This document shows, one piece after another, positions 1 through 12,092 of a stretch of DNA of 46,977 bases (its first letter is position 1; each line of letters begins with the position of its first letter). A program made the position numbers and the translations under genes. The notes below the pieces were generated by a model that worked only from the letters and a program-made list of their open reading frames with translations, did not search any database and was not told the origin of the DNA. Origin of the DNA: Nemertoderma westbladi (Eukaryota; Animalia; Xenacoelomorpha); assembly GCA_032718475.1 (NCBI GenBank), contig JAUCBJ010004606.1, positions 1 to 46,977 on the forward strand. The letters are read 5' to 3'.

Positions 1-596
1 GAAGTTTATATATTAAGAATTTGTATTTTTTTTTATTTCTCCTTATTACAGTAAGTGTTTTATAGCGCTTATTTATATCTTATATAACCTGTACAGATAC
101 TAATTAGTTTATTTTTTTGGTTAGATTCGCCCTTCTGTAACCTGGATTTTTACTTAGTGAAAACCTGGTATTCTTCACATGGGGATTAAATGTGACGTGA
201 AATATAACAGCATTAAAACCTGGTATACTTCACATGGGCCACTATACCCAATAGTATTGGAGTTTGCCGTCATTTTGTGCCATTAATTCTGGGTTCGACA
301 CCGTTCGACATCTATAGAGAATCAGCCTCTGAATCTGCAATAATTATTAACACTTATATACTTATTTAATTATTTGTTAATGATTGCCGGTGTAATTGAC
401 GAGTTACTATAGTATCAAGTTATCTGTGAGCTAAGGTTTTCTAGATTAGTCAAATTATATAGAAAGTGAACCAGAAAATATCGTATGGTCATTCGCTGAC
501 ATATTTATTTATATTTATGTAAATCCAACAAAACTGTATAAAATAGCGAATTTTGCGTTTTAAATAATTATTAAGTAAAAGAAATAAGTCAACTTA

Positions 597-1140
597 GACC
601 GCGTTCAGAGTCCGAGTCGCGTACGGCCGCGTTCAGAGTCCGAGTCGCGTACGGCCGCGTTCAGAGTCCGAGTCGCGTACGGCCGCGTTCAGAGTCCGAG
701 TCGCGTACGGCCGCGTTCAGAGTCCGAGTCGCGTACGGCCGCGTTCAGAGTCCGAGTCGCGTACGGCCGCGTTCAGAGTCCGAGTCGCGTACGGCCGCGT
801 TCAGAGTCCGAGTCGCGTACGGCCGCGTTCAGAGTCCGAGTCGCGTACGGCCGCGTTCAGAGTCCGAGTCGCGTACGGCCGCGTTCAGAGTCCGAGTCGC
901 GTACGGCCGCGTTCAGAGTCCGAGTCGCGTACGGCCGCGTTCAGAGTCCGAGTCGCGTACGGCCGCGTTCAGAGTCCGAGTCGCGTACGGCCGCGTTCAG
1001 AGTCCGAGTCGCGTACGACCGCGTTCAGAGTCCGAGTCGCGTACGGCCGCGTTCAGAGTCCGAGTCGCGTACGGCCGCGTTCAGAGTCCGAGTCGCGTAC
1101 GGCCGCGTTCAGAGTCCGAGTCGCGTACGGCCGCGTTCAC
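597..1140. repeat. 28-bp GC/CpG-rich minisatellite (CGCGTTCAGAGTCCGAGTCGCGTACGGC), ~19 copies
   Basis: Near-identical tandem units seen directly; one G>A variant near 1018. Confidence 0.97.
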
Positions 1141-1306
1141 ACTACCGAGTCAAAGTCAAAATAAATTAAATATAGCTATAGCTAGCAATAATAAATAATA
1201 ATACATTATGTATAGGCCTAATATAATACATAATGGCGTTCTAGAAAAAAATAAATTTCTTGTTATTTTTTTTACATTTTGTCTTTTAACTTTGACTTTG
1301 ACTCGG
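1130..1306. mobile_element. Putative MITE-like remnant with a 16-bp perfect inverted repeat
   Basis: CCGAGTCAAAGTCAAA (1145-1160) and TTTGACTTTGACTCGG (1291-1306) are exact reverse complements around an AT-rich spacer. The 28-bp array runs directly into it. Confidence 0.45.
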
Positions 1307-2539
1307 CCTTAGCTACGATAAACTAAGATTTTACCTGATGTAATTAACTATTTCTATCGAATATGTTTCTTCCTCTGCGTTCATTTTCTAATTCAATATT
1401 ATTTGTATCTTGAAATTTACTTTCAGTATTTTAAAATATTATTTCCCCCCTGCTGCAAATGTTCAGGATTTATTGTTTCTTTTGTACTTTATCTTAAATT
1501 TATATATATATTTGCCGGCTGTCTAGTTGAATATACGAACTCAAGTAGGTGAGTTTCATTACATTAGAGTCTTTAGGTTTGAACTATACCGGGTAGAGAC
1601 TCGCAGTATACGTGTAAAATGTAATGAGAAGTCTATAGACCTATTGTATATTATATTACTTGTGCTAAAACACTTATGTTGCAGTTCATATATTGGCTTC
1701 AGTAGTATTGGCTTCAATACTTAGTAAATAATATTACTTGTATGTAATTTTAGTAATAATTATATTAAATATCTTATTAAACAAATGAGTTTCTCGTTTC
1801 CTTATTTTTGTACAATTATCGTACTGCGTACTCAAATACGTCGTACATTTATTGAATTTGGTCGAAGTGAGTTCTCTACAGCAACTACAGCGATTATACT
1901 CAGCCTGAGTTATAGGTGTATTACACCTCATTGATGATTGTATCCAAATCCTTCCAAAATTGTAAAACAGATGATTTAATACTACAATGTTTATTTTATC
2001 TACTACAATGTGAGATCAGAACGGTTTGTTACGGCTGAACAATAAATGCAAGAGGATGATATACCGGAAAGTAGTTTCCAACACTCATCTGGATCCAGTG
2101 GGGTTTGAGCCACGCAAGGAAGCCAATAACTTTAGGTTTCGCTATGAGTGCTTTAAATAGTGTAGTCCTACCTTAGCCTTTCATCCTTAAATGGTAGCTA
2201 AATTACTACCAATATCATCTGAGGACAGGGGAGTATATAGTTGTGGGGGACCGCAGTGGAAATATATCGTCAAACTTTGGGCGCAATCTTTAACAAGTAT
2301 GTGGTTTTATTGAAAGCTGTGGTGTGACCGTAATTTTTTCCTGTAACTGCGTGGGCGATTTTGGATTGACAATATGGTCGATAATCTAATCTTTACGCGA
2401 AAGACCGAAATAAAAATGAAATTGTACACAATAAAATATTTCCAAAAGTACACGTAAAAATAAGTATTTCGAGAGGCTGATGTCGTTGTGTTGTTTTTTT
2501 TCCACTTTTTGTTTGTTTATTTTAAACGAATAATGTGAA

Positions 2540-3206
2540 TGCTACACAACTATTATAGAGCTCCAGTCGCCTGATAAATGAACCAGTCGAACGAGAATGC
2601 GGGAAGGAAGTTTCATCGCGATGTCCAATCACCTATTGAATGCCTAATCGTCACCATCATATTATATGGGGGGAGGCAAATAACTGGGTAGTACCCCGTT
2701 TGCGGAAGCTACAAGTATCAACCTACTTGTTCGCTCCCGTTGATAAGTTACACGCTCTAGTAAACAGCATAGCAGCGCGGTAGTTTTCGCCTAACATTGG
2801 ATCACTAGCGGCAGTTAATTAGCAAAATTGATTAAGATAACATAATATGTGATTTCAATCAATCTAATTAGGCTGAATGGCTGTGTCTCTCCCGTAACTA
2901 GCCTAACATTCAGGCGATTTCATATGCCTATCACGATCTCTCTTTATTTGTCATCATGCCCCGTCGCTTCGGAATAGGAAATTGACTAATTTCGCGAGGC
3001 CTATATACCTCGGAGCCGGGGTTGTTTCGCGCCATACCCGTATCGGTCGCTCTGTCGTTTCAATTCGAGGGGAAAAAGTCTAAAACGTTTTTTGCTTGCC
3101 AGTAAAAAGGGCAGGTAAAGTAGCGTCTACTATCATCAGCACAACACAGTCAACAGATCATAGACACCAACACCGGTCGGTCACTGGTTGTAGTTGAGTT
3201 AATGGG
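2540..3206 (+). promoter_or_regulatory. Putative promoter / 5' UTR of the insulin-like peptide gene
   Basis: Locally CpG-richer, non-repetitive stretch with CCAAT/ATTGG motifs and a TATA-like CTATATA at ~3001, upstream of an ATG-containing exon with a strong GTGAGT donor. Confidence 0.35.
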
Positions 3207-3245
3207 ATGTTCAAAGTACCACTGAATATGTCTCCGCATAACAAC
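3207..3245 (+). CDS. Probable first coding exon of the insulin-like peptide (MFKVPLNMSPHNN; alternative start at 3228)
   Basis: ATGs at 3207 and 3228 are in frame. A consensus donor AAC|GTGAGT at 3246 (phase 0) joins in frame to the acceptor TTTACAG|CGC at 11805/11806. Confidence 0.45.
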
Positions 3246-3821
3246 GTGAGTACGTTATAATTTAGTTAGGTTTATACAGAATCAGCAAGCCATATCACTT
3301 AAATTACATCTGACAACTTTATATTGCAATTGATAACTTTATATCACAACTGATTGCTCTATAAGGCATTAAATTATCTTGAAATTTACATTAATTGCGT
3401 TGTATTTGTAGGCCTACAACTGATGAAAATATAGATAGATAGACTTTTAGATAGATATGACTCTTTAGATTTGACTTTTAGATAGACATATATTTATTTA
3501 TATATTATGTAAAAACAGTAACAAATACATCAAACAATGTATATAGGTGGTATTGTCCAACATAATTTAGGATTACCCCTAAAGCTTTGCAGCTTATTTC
3601 CAAGGGGGTCCTTTATGTTACTTGGTTACAAATACAATATTACACTACGCTAACCTAAAACCGATGTAAAATGTTATTACACTACAGTATGTACAACTTT
3701 ACCAAGGAATGCTAGGTGTGGGGGGGGGGGGGGGGTAATAGGAGGGGGAATTCTGGTAATGTAACGAAAATGGGATTAAATAGGAGACGAACAGAAAACC
3801 CGCCCAACCATCCCACCTCGC

Positions 3822-4005
3822 AATAGGGTTGGTGCACGGATAATTTTTGGGCTAGAAACAATTGAATAAAGGGGTAACAAGGTGCACTGAATCGAGTGGC
3901 GGGGTGTGTTTTTTGTAAAAACACGAGGAAACGGTTGAAATTGCGGGTTTAAGTAAGCGCGGGAGGCAAATTTTGAAAAACGTTTTGATTGGATGCTACA
4001 GATTT
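3822..4005 (+). repeat. Dispersed ~185-bp repeat, copy 1 (second copy at 12093-12290)
   Basis: Collinear blocks GGTTGGTGC...CAATTGAATAA...GGTAACAA..GGTGC.CTGAAT.GAGT...AGGAAACGGT...TAAGTAAGC.CGGGA...GATTGG.TGCTACAGA occur in both copies. Confidence 0.75.
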
Positions 4006-5279
4006 AACAAAGATTACTTGACTGCTCAGATTTTAACGAAATCTGGTACAGAGGTGGCAAAATTCTAAGGAACTAACTTGAAGGATTTACGGATATGCAC
4101 TTTCAACAAAATATGGCAGTTTTAATGTCCAATTTTGGGCTAAATTTACAGATTTCATACGTTTGGCCCTTATTTACTACAAAGAAGCAAAGACAATTTA
4201 TATTAACATCCAATTAACAAAACGTAGACCTCTCTTAGCTCTATAGGATATCAAAGTAGCAGAAAAATATAATGATACAATTTGGTCTACCAAAGCCTAT
4301 ATTACTTTCCCAAATTACCAGTTTTAGGCCCCAACTTCCGGCCATTAATATTCAGGCAATACCCAATATGAATAACAGTAATGGAACTTCCACCTTCCCC
4401 CTATAAAACGCAAGAAGAACGGTATCGATCTATTTAACAGAAATAAAGTTACAATTATACTAGAGACGGCGTCAAGACGCCGTTAAGCAAGTCGGAAGTC
4501 ATCAATCAAATGGAAATTCCATCAACAAGCTGTCATTGGTGTTATTTTACCATTGCGCCAATGGCGTTTTTTCGTTTATGTATATTTTTCGAGCCCACGG
4601 CTCATGGACGAAATAGCGGAACATACCAGGGACCTTAGAATCGCGGTATCTAGATGCTGTGAAAATTTCATATTTTTACCCGATGCACAACTGTATTATA
4701 TATGTATTCGGTATGAATTTCAATCTATATGTCCAAACTACTGTGAAGATAGCGACTAAACAAGTCAAAAATTTCACCATTGGGGTAATTTTTGGACCAA
4801 ATTCCAAACGAAATTTTTTAAATAAAGTTGGCAAATTTATCCGCGCACAAAGTCAGTCCCCAGTTGAAGATTTCAGTCCTCTTCACTCCGAATTCAATAA
4901 TTTAGTGCTAAAAGTTTCCAATTTGGGGACGAAAATCAGCACTTGGTCGCTAAATTGGGACTGACGGTTGGGCCACGAAATGTAAAAAACAAAATCATGA
5001 CAAATTCCAAAATTGCAAAATTATAAAATATGTTAATCTGAAGTTTAACTGGTAGGCTAATGGTTAACTGAAAGCCATTGGTTGAAAGCGCGGCAAACAT
5101 CGGGGAGCATATTTAAAATATATTTCTCGGAAATTGTTAGTTTTGTTTCTTATATTCAAAGTTACTAAATATGAAACGGCAAAAATCTCAAATTTTTCTA
5201 ATTACCTGTATAATATAATTTTATATATGTTATACTGTAATTAATTTGATATTTTTTTCTATATCAGTGCATTTAATTT

Positions 5280-5600
5280 CCCCTGCGTTATTGTTGTGTG
5301 TCTGGGTTGTGGGGCGAGCCACGAAGTGAGTGAGCCTTAGCGTAGTGGTACCATTAATCAACCTGTCGTTCTGTCGTTCTGTCGTTCTGTCGTTCTGTCG
5401 TTCTGTCGTTCTGTCGTGTTCAATTTTAAACGTTAATAACTCGGCCAATCTTTGATGAAATCTATCCAAACTTGGTACACATGTTGTTTGGCAAAAGTTT
5501 AGAAATTTTCCAAGTAGAATTTCCGTGTGGCCTTCGAGAAGCTAAGATAATAGCAGTTAATTAGTTAATTAAGTTGATTACGGTGAAAACACCATTTTCA
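5280..5600 (+). mobile_element. Helentron/DINE-1(HINE)-like non-autonomous repeat with internal (CTGTCGTT)n
   Basis: The motif GAGCCAC...GTGAGCCTTAGCGTAG is followed by an 8-bp tandem at 5363-5416. The same head recurs at ~11175-11250, followed by CCGTCTGTCCGTC. The family call is by architecture only. Confidence 0.45.
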
Positions 5601-6944
5601 ACCTGCCTTTTAAAGGAAATTAATTGTTTTACAGTATAAGATTTAAATAATTATAATTAAAAATTATACAGATGTAATCCACATACGCCATTCTATTATA
5701 GTTTTTAATTAGTTCAAGTGATTTGCTATAATAATTGTGTCTTTAATTGATCTAAAGTAATTAAAACGGCATAAAAAATTGATTCTCATTAAATTCTGAT
5801 CATTTATTGGCCAACTTGCAAGTTGGCTGGTACATAGATGGGGGATGTGTGTGTAAGGGAGCCAGCCAGTTGCTGGGAATGCCAGTGGAGGGGGGTTGTA
5901 TGTAACTAGCCACACGGCTGCCAGCTAGACCTAACGAGATTGAAACCTGCATTCCCTACCTCCTATTACACTATAGAGTCTGTGTTCTTTAGTCTCAGGT
6001 AATAGACAGATCTCATTTAATGATTGTCAGTCAATAAGATTACCACTGCAGAAGGCTTATATCCAAAATTGTTTATTTCTCAAAATATTATGCTTATTAT
6101 TTTTTGATGGGATTTCTGTGTATTATAATTGTCTAAGTTTTCAGAGGCATTAACAGTATATTAAATAAATTATTTGAATATCATTCATTACTGCATCGAC
6201 TGTATTTAGTACTGCGTTGATTATATTCCTATAAACCACCTGGCTTCGCATATTGAACGTGCGATTGGAAATAAGTTTGTGCTACCTTCCGTGGGTGGTA
6301 GATGTCGCGGTTATGTATTGGTGGGTGGGAAGGGTCGGGGGCGGGGGGGGGGGGGGTAGGGTGGGGTGGGGGTGCAGATTTAAAGGGCTGAACACGTACT
6401 GTCCCTCTTTTTTTGATTGATTGGCGGTGTGGTTAAATTTCTAAATTTTACTAATTTATAAAGTTAAATACTGATTTTGTGATACAGTCGCTCGATATTA
6501 ATTTGTATCTCATAACTGGGCCTCGTGCTGCGCGAAGGCCCCACGAACGTGTTGTGTATTATGTACAGTCCTTACCTGAACTGGGTTTTATTCATGCCTG
6601 TCATATAATATATAATACTGTATATAAAAAAATATAATAATATCGTAGTTGCTCTTACTCAAAAACAGTATAAATGTAATTTTAAAATATATTATTATTG
6701 AAAATATTGTTCCGAATCCTATACTTTGAAAACATAAAGTAATGAAATGTTGGAAAATTTCTTTGGCAAAATCGCGAAATTTCGCAAACGTCGAGATTTT
6801 TGTGAAATTTCAGAAACTTTATTAATAATATTTATCAATGCTATATAGGTAGAGCTTCGCAAATATTGCCAAATTCCTACACCAATACTTGGACTTCCAG
6901 AATATTATTTTACACCATCTATAAATATATATAAATGTTTGTTA

Positions 6945-8969
6945 GGCATACAGCTCGTTCAACCTAATTGGTTCGGACTACAGAATTGTGACTGCAGAGA
7001 TCAGACTCAGTTTGAGAGCCAGCAAACCCAGGACAAGCAAGCAAATCAACTATGACTGGGAGAAACTCAGAACTGACAATGCAGTAAAGGATGCTTACAC
7101 AGTAGAAGTTCAAAACCGCTTTGAAGCACTTCAGTCAATGGATGAAGACCAGTCCACCGATTCAATATACCAGAGTATAATATCACAACATATAACAATA
7201 TATGCAATATATGCAACAATATATGCAAAATACAAATATAACAATTACAACTGCTCACATACAGCAACAATCAAGACTTACCTGGCAAACTGTAAATGAG
7301 GTATCTGGTCGGAAAAGTTGTGCAAAGGGGCGCCTCAAAGCCGATAGTCCTGAAGAACGTGTTGGGAAGTGGAAAAATCACTTCAGCAACTTGCTTGGGC
7401 AGCCACCAAACATCGAGGTCAGCCCTACAAGGAAAATATATGACAAGACACTACCTATAGAAACAGGGGACTTCACACCTGCCGAACTCCAAAGAAGCAT
7501 TAAAAGCATGTCCAATAATAAAGCGAGTGGATTAGATGAAATCCCAGCGGAGGTATGGAAAACAGGAGTGCTAAACAGACCATTATTGAATGTTTGCAAC
7601 CGGATGTTAAAAGGGGAAAAGCCACCACCAATTTGGACTAAAGGTCAACTAAGGCCTCTCCCCAAGAAAGGAGACCTCGGTATACCAACAAACTATCGTG
7701 GAATCTGTCTGCTTGTGGTGGCTGCCAAAATATACAATAAAATGATTCTATATAGGATTAGGCCTCACATAGAGAAACTACTGCGTAAGAGCCAAAACGG
7801 ATTTCGACCAAGTAGATCAACAATAGCTCAGATACTTGCACTACGGAGACTGATTGAAGGAATTAAGTAGAAGAATCTCCCCGCAGTCATGACTTTTGTG
7901 GACTTCAAGAAGGCATTCGACCCCATCCATAGAGGCAAAATGTTTGAAATCCTAAGAGCTTATGGAATACCAGAAGTAATTGTTGCTGGCATTGGATTGT
8001 TATATTGTGACCCAGAAGCGCAGGTACTCTCACCAGATGGTGAAACTGAGTTTTTCTCAATCCTGGCTGGGGTACTGCAAGGTGATACATTAGCACCATT
8101 ACTATTTGTAATTGTGCTGGATTACGCAATGATGACAGTCACAAAGGGTGAAGAGCTGGGATTCACACTTCAATAACGCAGAAGTAGTAGATATCCGGCA
8201 ACTACAGTCACAGACACCGACTTTGCGGATGACATCGCCCTGCTCTCTAATACCCTAGCAGATGCACAGCTTCTACTAAATAAAGTGGAGAGGGCTGCTA
8301 AGGAGGTTGGATTGCATATAAATGCTACCAAGACCGAATTCAAGACCTTTAATGATGATGGAAACTTGATAACCATTAATAGTAATCAACTAAGGAAGGT
8401 TGACGACTTCCAGTACCTTGGATCATGGATAGAGAGTAGCAAAAAGGATATAGAAGTTAGGAAAGCAAAGGCTGGGGTAGCTCTATCAAAAATGGATACC
8501 ATCTCGAAATCAGATCTCTCCAGGCACCTGAAGACTAAGTTCTTTTGAGCCACAGTGGAAAGTGTATTTTTATACGGGGGTGAGACCTGGACACTGACTA
8601 AATCACTTGAACAACGAATTGATGGTTGCTACACAAGACTACTAAGGGCAGCCCTAAACATCAGCTAGAGACAACACATGACAAACGCCGAGCTTTATGG
8701 TACAATACCACCTGTATCAACCACCCTCCGTGAACGCAGATTACGATTCAGTGGGCACTGCTGGCGAAGTAAAGACGAGGTCATACCAGATCTACTTTTC
8801 TGGCAACTAACTCATGGAAAGCGTAGTCGTGGACGACCGGCCATAACATATATAGATCAACTTGAAAGCGATACTGAACTTGGGAGAAACGAAATTGCGA
8901 CAACTATGGAGAATTGGGAAGCCTGGAAGGATCTCATTTCCACTGTCCGAGTTCGATCGACCTAGTAGT
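6945..8969 (+). mobile_element. Decayed, 5'-truncated RTE-clade non-LTR retrotransposon (end of endonuclease region + reverse transcriptase + C-terminus)
   Basis: Motifs KASGLDEIPAE, LPKKGDL...NYRGICL, QNGFRPSRST, FVDFKKAFD, GVLQGDTLAPLLF, FADD (TTTGCGGATGAC ~8222), FQYLGS, RRLRFSGHCWR and GKRSRGRP. In-frame stops at 7868 and 8174 and further breaks; TAG-type tail at 8963-8969. Confidence 0.93.
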
Positions 8970-9069
8970 TACTACTAGGTCGATCGAACTCGGACAGTGG
9001 AAATGAGATCCTTCCAGGCTTCCCGATTCTCCATAGTTGTCGCAATTTCGTTTCTCCCAAGTTCAGTAT
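8871..9069. repeat. 199-bp palindrome (99-bp arms, 1-nt loop at 8970, one mismatch) formed from the RTE 3' end
   Basis: 8971-9069 is the reverse complement of 8871-8969 except at 8915/9025. Confidence 0.95.
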
Positions 9070-9072
9070 ATA

Positions 9073-9121
9073 CTATAAACAAACATTTACTACTACTGTA
9101 GTAGTAAATGTTTGTTTATAG
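9073..9121. repeat. 49-bp perfect palindrome (24-bp arms, 1-nt loop)
   Basis: CTATAAACAAACATTTACTACTAC-T-GTAGTAGTAAATGTTTGTTTATAG. Confidence 0.95.
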
Positions 9122-9216
9122 CCAATATGTGTGTATTTTTTAAATGTAAGAATGTTAATATGCTCGGATAATACGGGCATTATTACATCCCGGCTCTTTA
9201 TAGTATTTTTGTGCTG

Positions 9217-9588
9217 ATATTATACATACAATATTGCAATGTTCTAGAGTTAATATACATACAATATTGCAATGTTCTAGAGTTAATATACATACAATAT
9301 TGCAATGTTCTAGAGTTAATATACATACAATATTGCAATGTTCTAGAGTTAATATACATACAATATTGCAATGTTCTAGAGTTAATATACATACAATATT
9401 GCAATGTTCTAGAGTTAATATACATACAATATTGCAATGTTCTAGAGTTAATATACATACAATATTGCAATGTTCTAGAGTTAATATACATACAATATTG
9501 CAATGTTCTAGAGTTAATATACATACAATATTGCAATGTTCTAGAGTTAATATATATACAATATTGCAATGTTCTAGAGTTAATATAC
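9217..9588. repeat. 33-bp minisatellite (ATATACATACAATATTGCAATGTTCTAGAGTTA), ~11 copies
   Basis: Direct tandem units; these produce the spurious 11-aa-repeat ORFs. Confidence 0.96.
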
Positions 9589-9795
9589 GGAAATAATAAC
9601 CTGAAGCGAATAACACAGAATACTCACTGATGTCGTTCCAAAAGCAAATTAACCTGTATAATTACCGAGGCCGCAGGCCGAGGTTATTATATTAGGTTAA
9701 TTTGCTGAAGGATAAGGCAGAAGTTATTATTACAGTTTTATTCGCTGAAGGTTTTAATTTCCGTATATTAACTCTAGAACATTGCAATATTGTGT
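9555..9795. mobile_element. Imperfect foldback/MITE-like element centred near 9675
   Basis: AGCAAATTAACCT/AGGTTAATTTGCT flank CCGAGGCCGCAGGCCGAGG. The outer arms carry the 33-bp unit in opposite orientations (single inverted copy at ~9762-9795). Confidence 0.6.
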
Positions 9796-11159
9796 TTATT
9801 GTTAATTTGAGCATATTGAACGAACAACATGACAGCATACTTTGTATTTTTAAGGATCGTGTTCTAATACAAACACGCGTATTCAATTTTTTCAAGCCTT
9901 GCGTAGCATTTAAATCCATTTCCTTGAATTAATATCGCTCCAAACGTCGTATATAAAGTATAATCGTGCCAATCTGTCAATCTTATTGAGATGGTCATTT
10001 TGCTTAATGTGAAATATATAGCTACAGTACATGGGAACGAAACCGTAGCAAGTTTGGTATATTGGTGTACCATAGGATAATACATAAAATTATATGAATA
10101 TACTGCAACATATATTTTCTAGAATCCTGTAGCAGAGCAATTTCTAAGAAAATAGTATAATTTTAGGAAAAAATGGTATTATAAAAGATTTATAGAACAT
10201 TTTTTTAAAATTATACGATTCTAATTTTACCTAGTTTCCGTAGCAATATGCGAAACTTAACACTAAACAGTACTGTAGTACGAACTTAGGATAGTTGTGG
10301 CTTATTATCATAAAATATAATTTAATAAATTATAGTTTTAAAACTATTGTATTGTAACTACTGTTTTAGCTATTTTATTTAAAAATACTTATTTCTCTAG
10401 AACTAATATATTTTGTTCTAGAACATTTATAAAAAATATTTGTTAGTTATCGATTTCCTCACTTTTTAAATATGTTCTAGAACATTCGCAACGATCGCGA
10501 CGTTTGCGAAGTTCCACCTATTCACCTTCTTTTAAATAAGCGTTAGGAGGCCTATAGGTGTACCTGACATTCTTGCAATTTCGCGATTTCCGCAATGTTC
10601 TCAAAATTCGCGACATTTACGAAATTTCGCGATCTTCGCATGTTCAAAATCGTTGCCTTACTCCAGAGCTTCCACTAAAAATTGACTCGAAATTTACGTA
10701 GACACTAAAACTTTGCGCAGGGCGTCAACTGTAAATTAATTAACTTCACATCAAATGAATACTTTTCAGTGTTTGTTTTGTATTGTTTTCTCAAATACTA
10801 TAGGAAATGCATGGAACGCGAGAGCGCGGTTTAAAAAACCGTTCAACAATATATTTACAAGTGTAGCATAAAGAGACTCAATGATTATACCAAAATCACG
10901 AGAAAGATTGTTATATCAAGAATAATTTGGTGGCCTGGCCGCTGGCCACTGAGGAAAGTTTCATAGAAATTATACTGTAGAACCTTTATTAGACTACAGG
11001 AATCTTACTACCTTAGCCATCAAGGTGTACTAAAAAAACATACAACTAGAGGGTAATGCTAAAATTCGCGAAAATTATCATATTCTTATTTACTTGGGAG
11101 CTTCTTATACTAATTTTGTTTTTTTTTATTATTATTATTATTAATGGTTTTTATAAAGC

Positions 11160-11395
11160 CCTGATACGCAATAAGGGCCGAGCCACTCAAGTTCAGGTGA
11201 GCCTTAGCGTAGGTGTATAATTAGTGGATCCGTCTGTCCGTCTTTAGACGCAATCAAAATTCATCTCTCTCCAGGGTAAGATCGATAACAGCTTATTACT
11301 CCGAAATTAAAACTATAACCTGTTCTATTGACTTTAGTTTATTGTTTTGGTTAGAATATTGTGCCACTGTAACCTGTTCCTTTCCCTTTGATTGA
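11160..11395 (+). mobile_element. Non-autonomous dispersed repeat: HINE-like head plus a ~140-bp body shared with 31630-31770 (+) and 42487-42650 (-)
   Basis: Shared blocks ATCAAAATTCATC.CTCTCCAGGG...TATTGACTTTAGTTTATTGTTTTGGTTAGAATATTGTGCCA.TGTAACC. Confidence 0.7.
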
Positions 11396-11805
11396 TAATT
11401 TATCAATGAGGATAAATAATTCGCCTAGATGGGATTTGCGACAAGTTTCCCCTCCCTCAACTTGGTTCACATGTATTGTAGTCTATCTAGTGTTTATTAG
11501 AAATTCAACTCACAGGCAGTACTATAGTTTCTCTGTCGGCCGCTAGGGGGCGAATTTAACCTCTACACAGAGGCCCATCTGGACTTACGTGTACGGGATG
11601 CCCCACTTATGCGTTACAGCGTTACGAGTTGTAACAAAAGTAGTGTTTAATAGACATTGATTTTTATTGTTATTGATTCTGTACATTGAGCAAATATTTT
11701 CACATAAACAATTCTGCCACTTACTGGACTTAATTATCTTGTAGAATCTGTCTAGTTATTATGAAATCATTTCTAACTATCTATGACTCATCATCTAATT
11801 TACAG

Positions 11806-11992
11806 CGCCCTAAACGCCGTGTCATCGTGATATTGTTAATTAGCGTGATAATGTTGTGCTCAACATCAGCTGATGATTATACATTCCCTAGAACACGATA
11901 TTGCGGTACCCAGTTGATAACTAAAATGTTTAATATCTGCAACGGATGCTTTTATTCGCGGTCATCATCGGCTTCTAGCAGAGACGAGACAG
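11806..11992 (+). CDS. Insulin/IGF-like prepropeptide, signal peptide + B-chain exon (an in-frame ATG at 11761 is an alternative start)
   Basis: RPKRR-VIVILLISVIMLCSTSA (signal peptide) is followed by YCGTQLITKMFNICNGCFY, the insulin B-chain C-G-x2-L-x7-C...FY pattern with C-x11-C spacing. Branch point TTCTAAC at ~11771, acceptor AG at 11804-11805, phase-1 donor G|GTTAGT at 11993. Confidence 0.9.
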
Positions 11993-12092
11993 GTTAGTGC
12001 GGATTCGGTGTCGGAACCGGAGTCGGTCGGTTAATGACTCGTTAATTTGCTTTTGATAGAAAAACATTAAACTGCAACCTGCTCCTTTCTTG

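Noticed and set aside
159-238. 24-bp imperfect direct repeat (AAAACCTGGTAT..TTCACATGGG x2)
   Set aside because: Only two copies, and the context is cut off by the window edge, so no interpretation is supportable.
597-1140. CRISPR-like array (28-bp repeats; also the 33-bp and 61-bp arrays)
   Set aside because: The units are contiguous with no unique spacers, there are no cas genes, and the context is eukaryotic.
2080-2260. Possible SINE remnant (AGCCTTTCATCCTT...TACCA resembles a conserved SINE central domain)
   Set aside because: Too short and diverged, and no clear A/B boxes or tail could be confirmed by eye.
4553-4964. Short ORFs of 68 and 101 aa
   Set aside because: No recognisable motifs or splice context; the region looks like non-coding repeat-derived intron sequence.
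9155-9630. 11-aa repeat ORFs on both strands
   Set aside because: Translations of the 33-bp minisatellite.
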